Of a stretch of 45,975 nt of DNA, positions 45,760 to 45,975 are shown one piece after another. Below the pieces are notes generated by a model, which made no database searches, had not been told where the DNA came from, and saw nothing but the letters and a program-made list of their open reading frames with translations. Made by a program: the position numbers and the translations under genes. Position 1 is the stretch's first letter, and each line of letters starts with the position of its first letter. This stretch comes from Candidatus Methylomirabilales bacterium. GTDB lineage: Bacteria > Methylomirabilota > Methylomirabilia > Methylomirabilales > CSP1-5. The stretch lies in NCBI GenBank assembly GCA_046758505.1, contig JBHIAH010000014.1:1-45975 (forward strand), read 5' to 3'.

Positions 45760-45975
45760 GGTCGGGCGAGGGGATCGAGTCTTTTGTTGTGTGTTCCTCA
45801 CCGTCCTCGCGAGGCGATCGTCCTGAAATCGAGGATACTCTCCCCGGAAATCCGAGAAACAGATTTGGGGGGAGAACATTTGTGCTTGACAAGCCCCGGG
45901 GCGCGGTGGCAAGCTCCCGTCCGTAGGTGCATGGGAGCCCTACCCAGCTCCCACAAAGAGAGGGGCGAGAACTCA

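Overview
GC-rich bacterial window. The lineage cannot be determined from sequence alone; gene content is compatible with NC10/Methylomirabilota-like or deltaproteobacterial organisms (low confidence). The core segment (~4.4-36.7 kb) carries amrS-rluD-lspA-ileS, a nitrilase/HAD/YdcF block, mreBCD-mrdA-rodA, a SurA-N protein, thiI, a UGA-containing (selenocysteine) peroxiredoxin, trxB, rhodanese, ferredoxin, an MFS exporter, an ArsA/Get3-like ATPase and a TetR regulator. Two accessory islands (1-4.4 kb and 36.7-45.8 kb) are rich in HEPN-like and DUF4062 candidate defence genes, IS fragments and integron-cassette (attC) remnants. Most striking, both islands are punctuated by one family of short GGGG(A/T)C(A/G)G motifs, several ending in TTGAC. 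These motifs form the 24-bp terminal inverted repeats of a Y1 HUH (RAYT-like) transposase, form a 25-bp inverted repeat bracketing the whole 9-kb right island, and lie at the breakpoints of several truncated genes. This suggests an HUH-transposase-driven gene-accretion system, which is inference. Other highlights are a coupled DUF4062 plus retropepsin-HEPN pair, an RloC-like ATPase split by an in-frame TAG, and a candidate multi-pseudoknot ncRNA at ~13.0-13.2 kb. All family calls come from motif recognition by eye; no searches were run.
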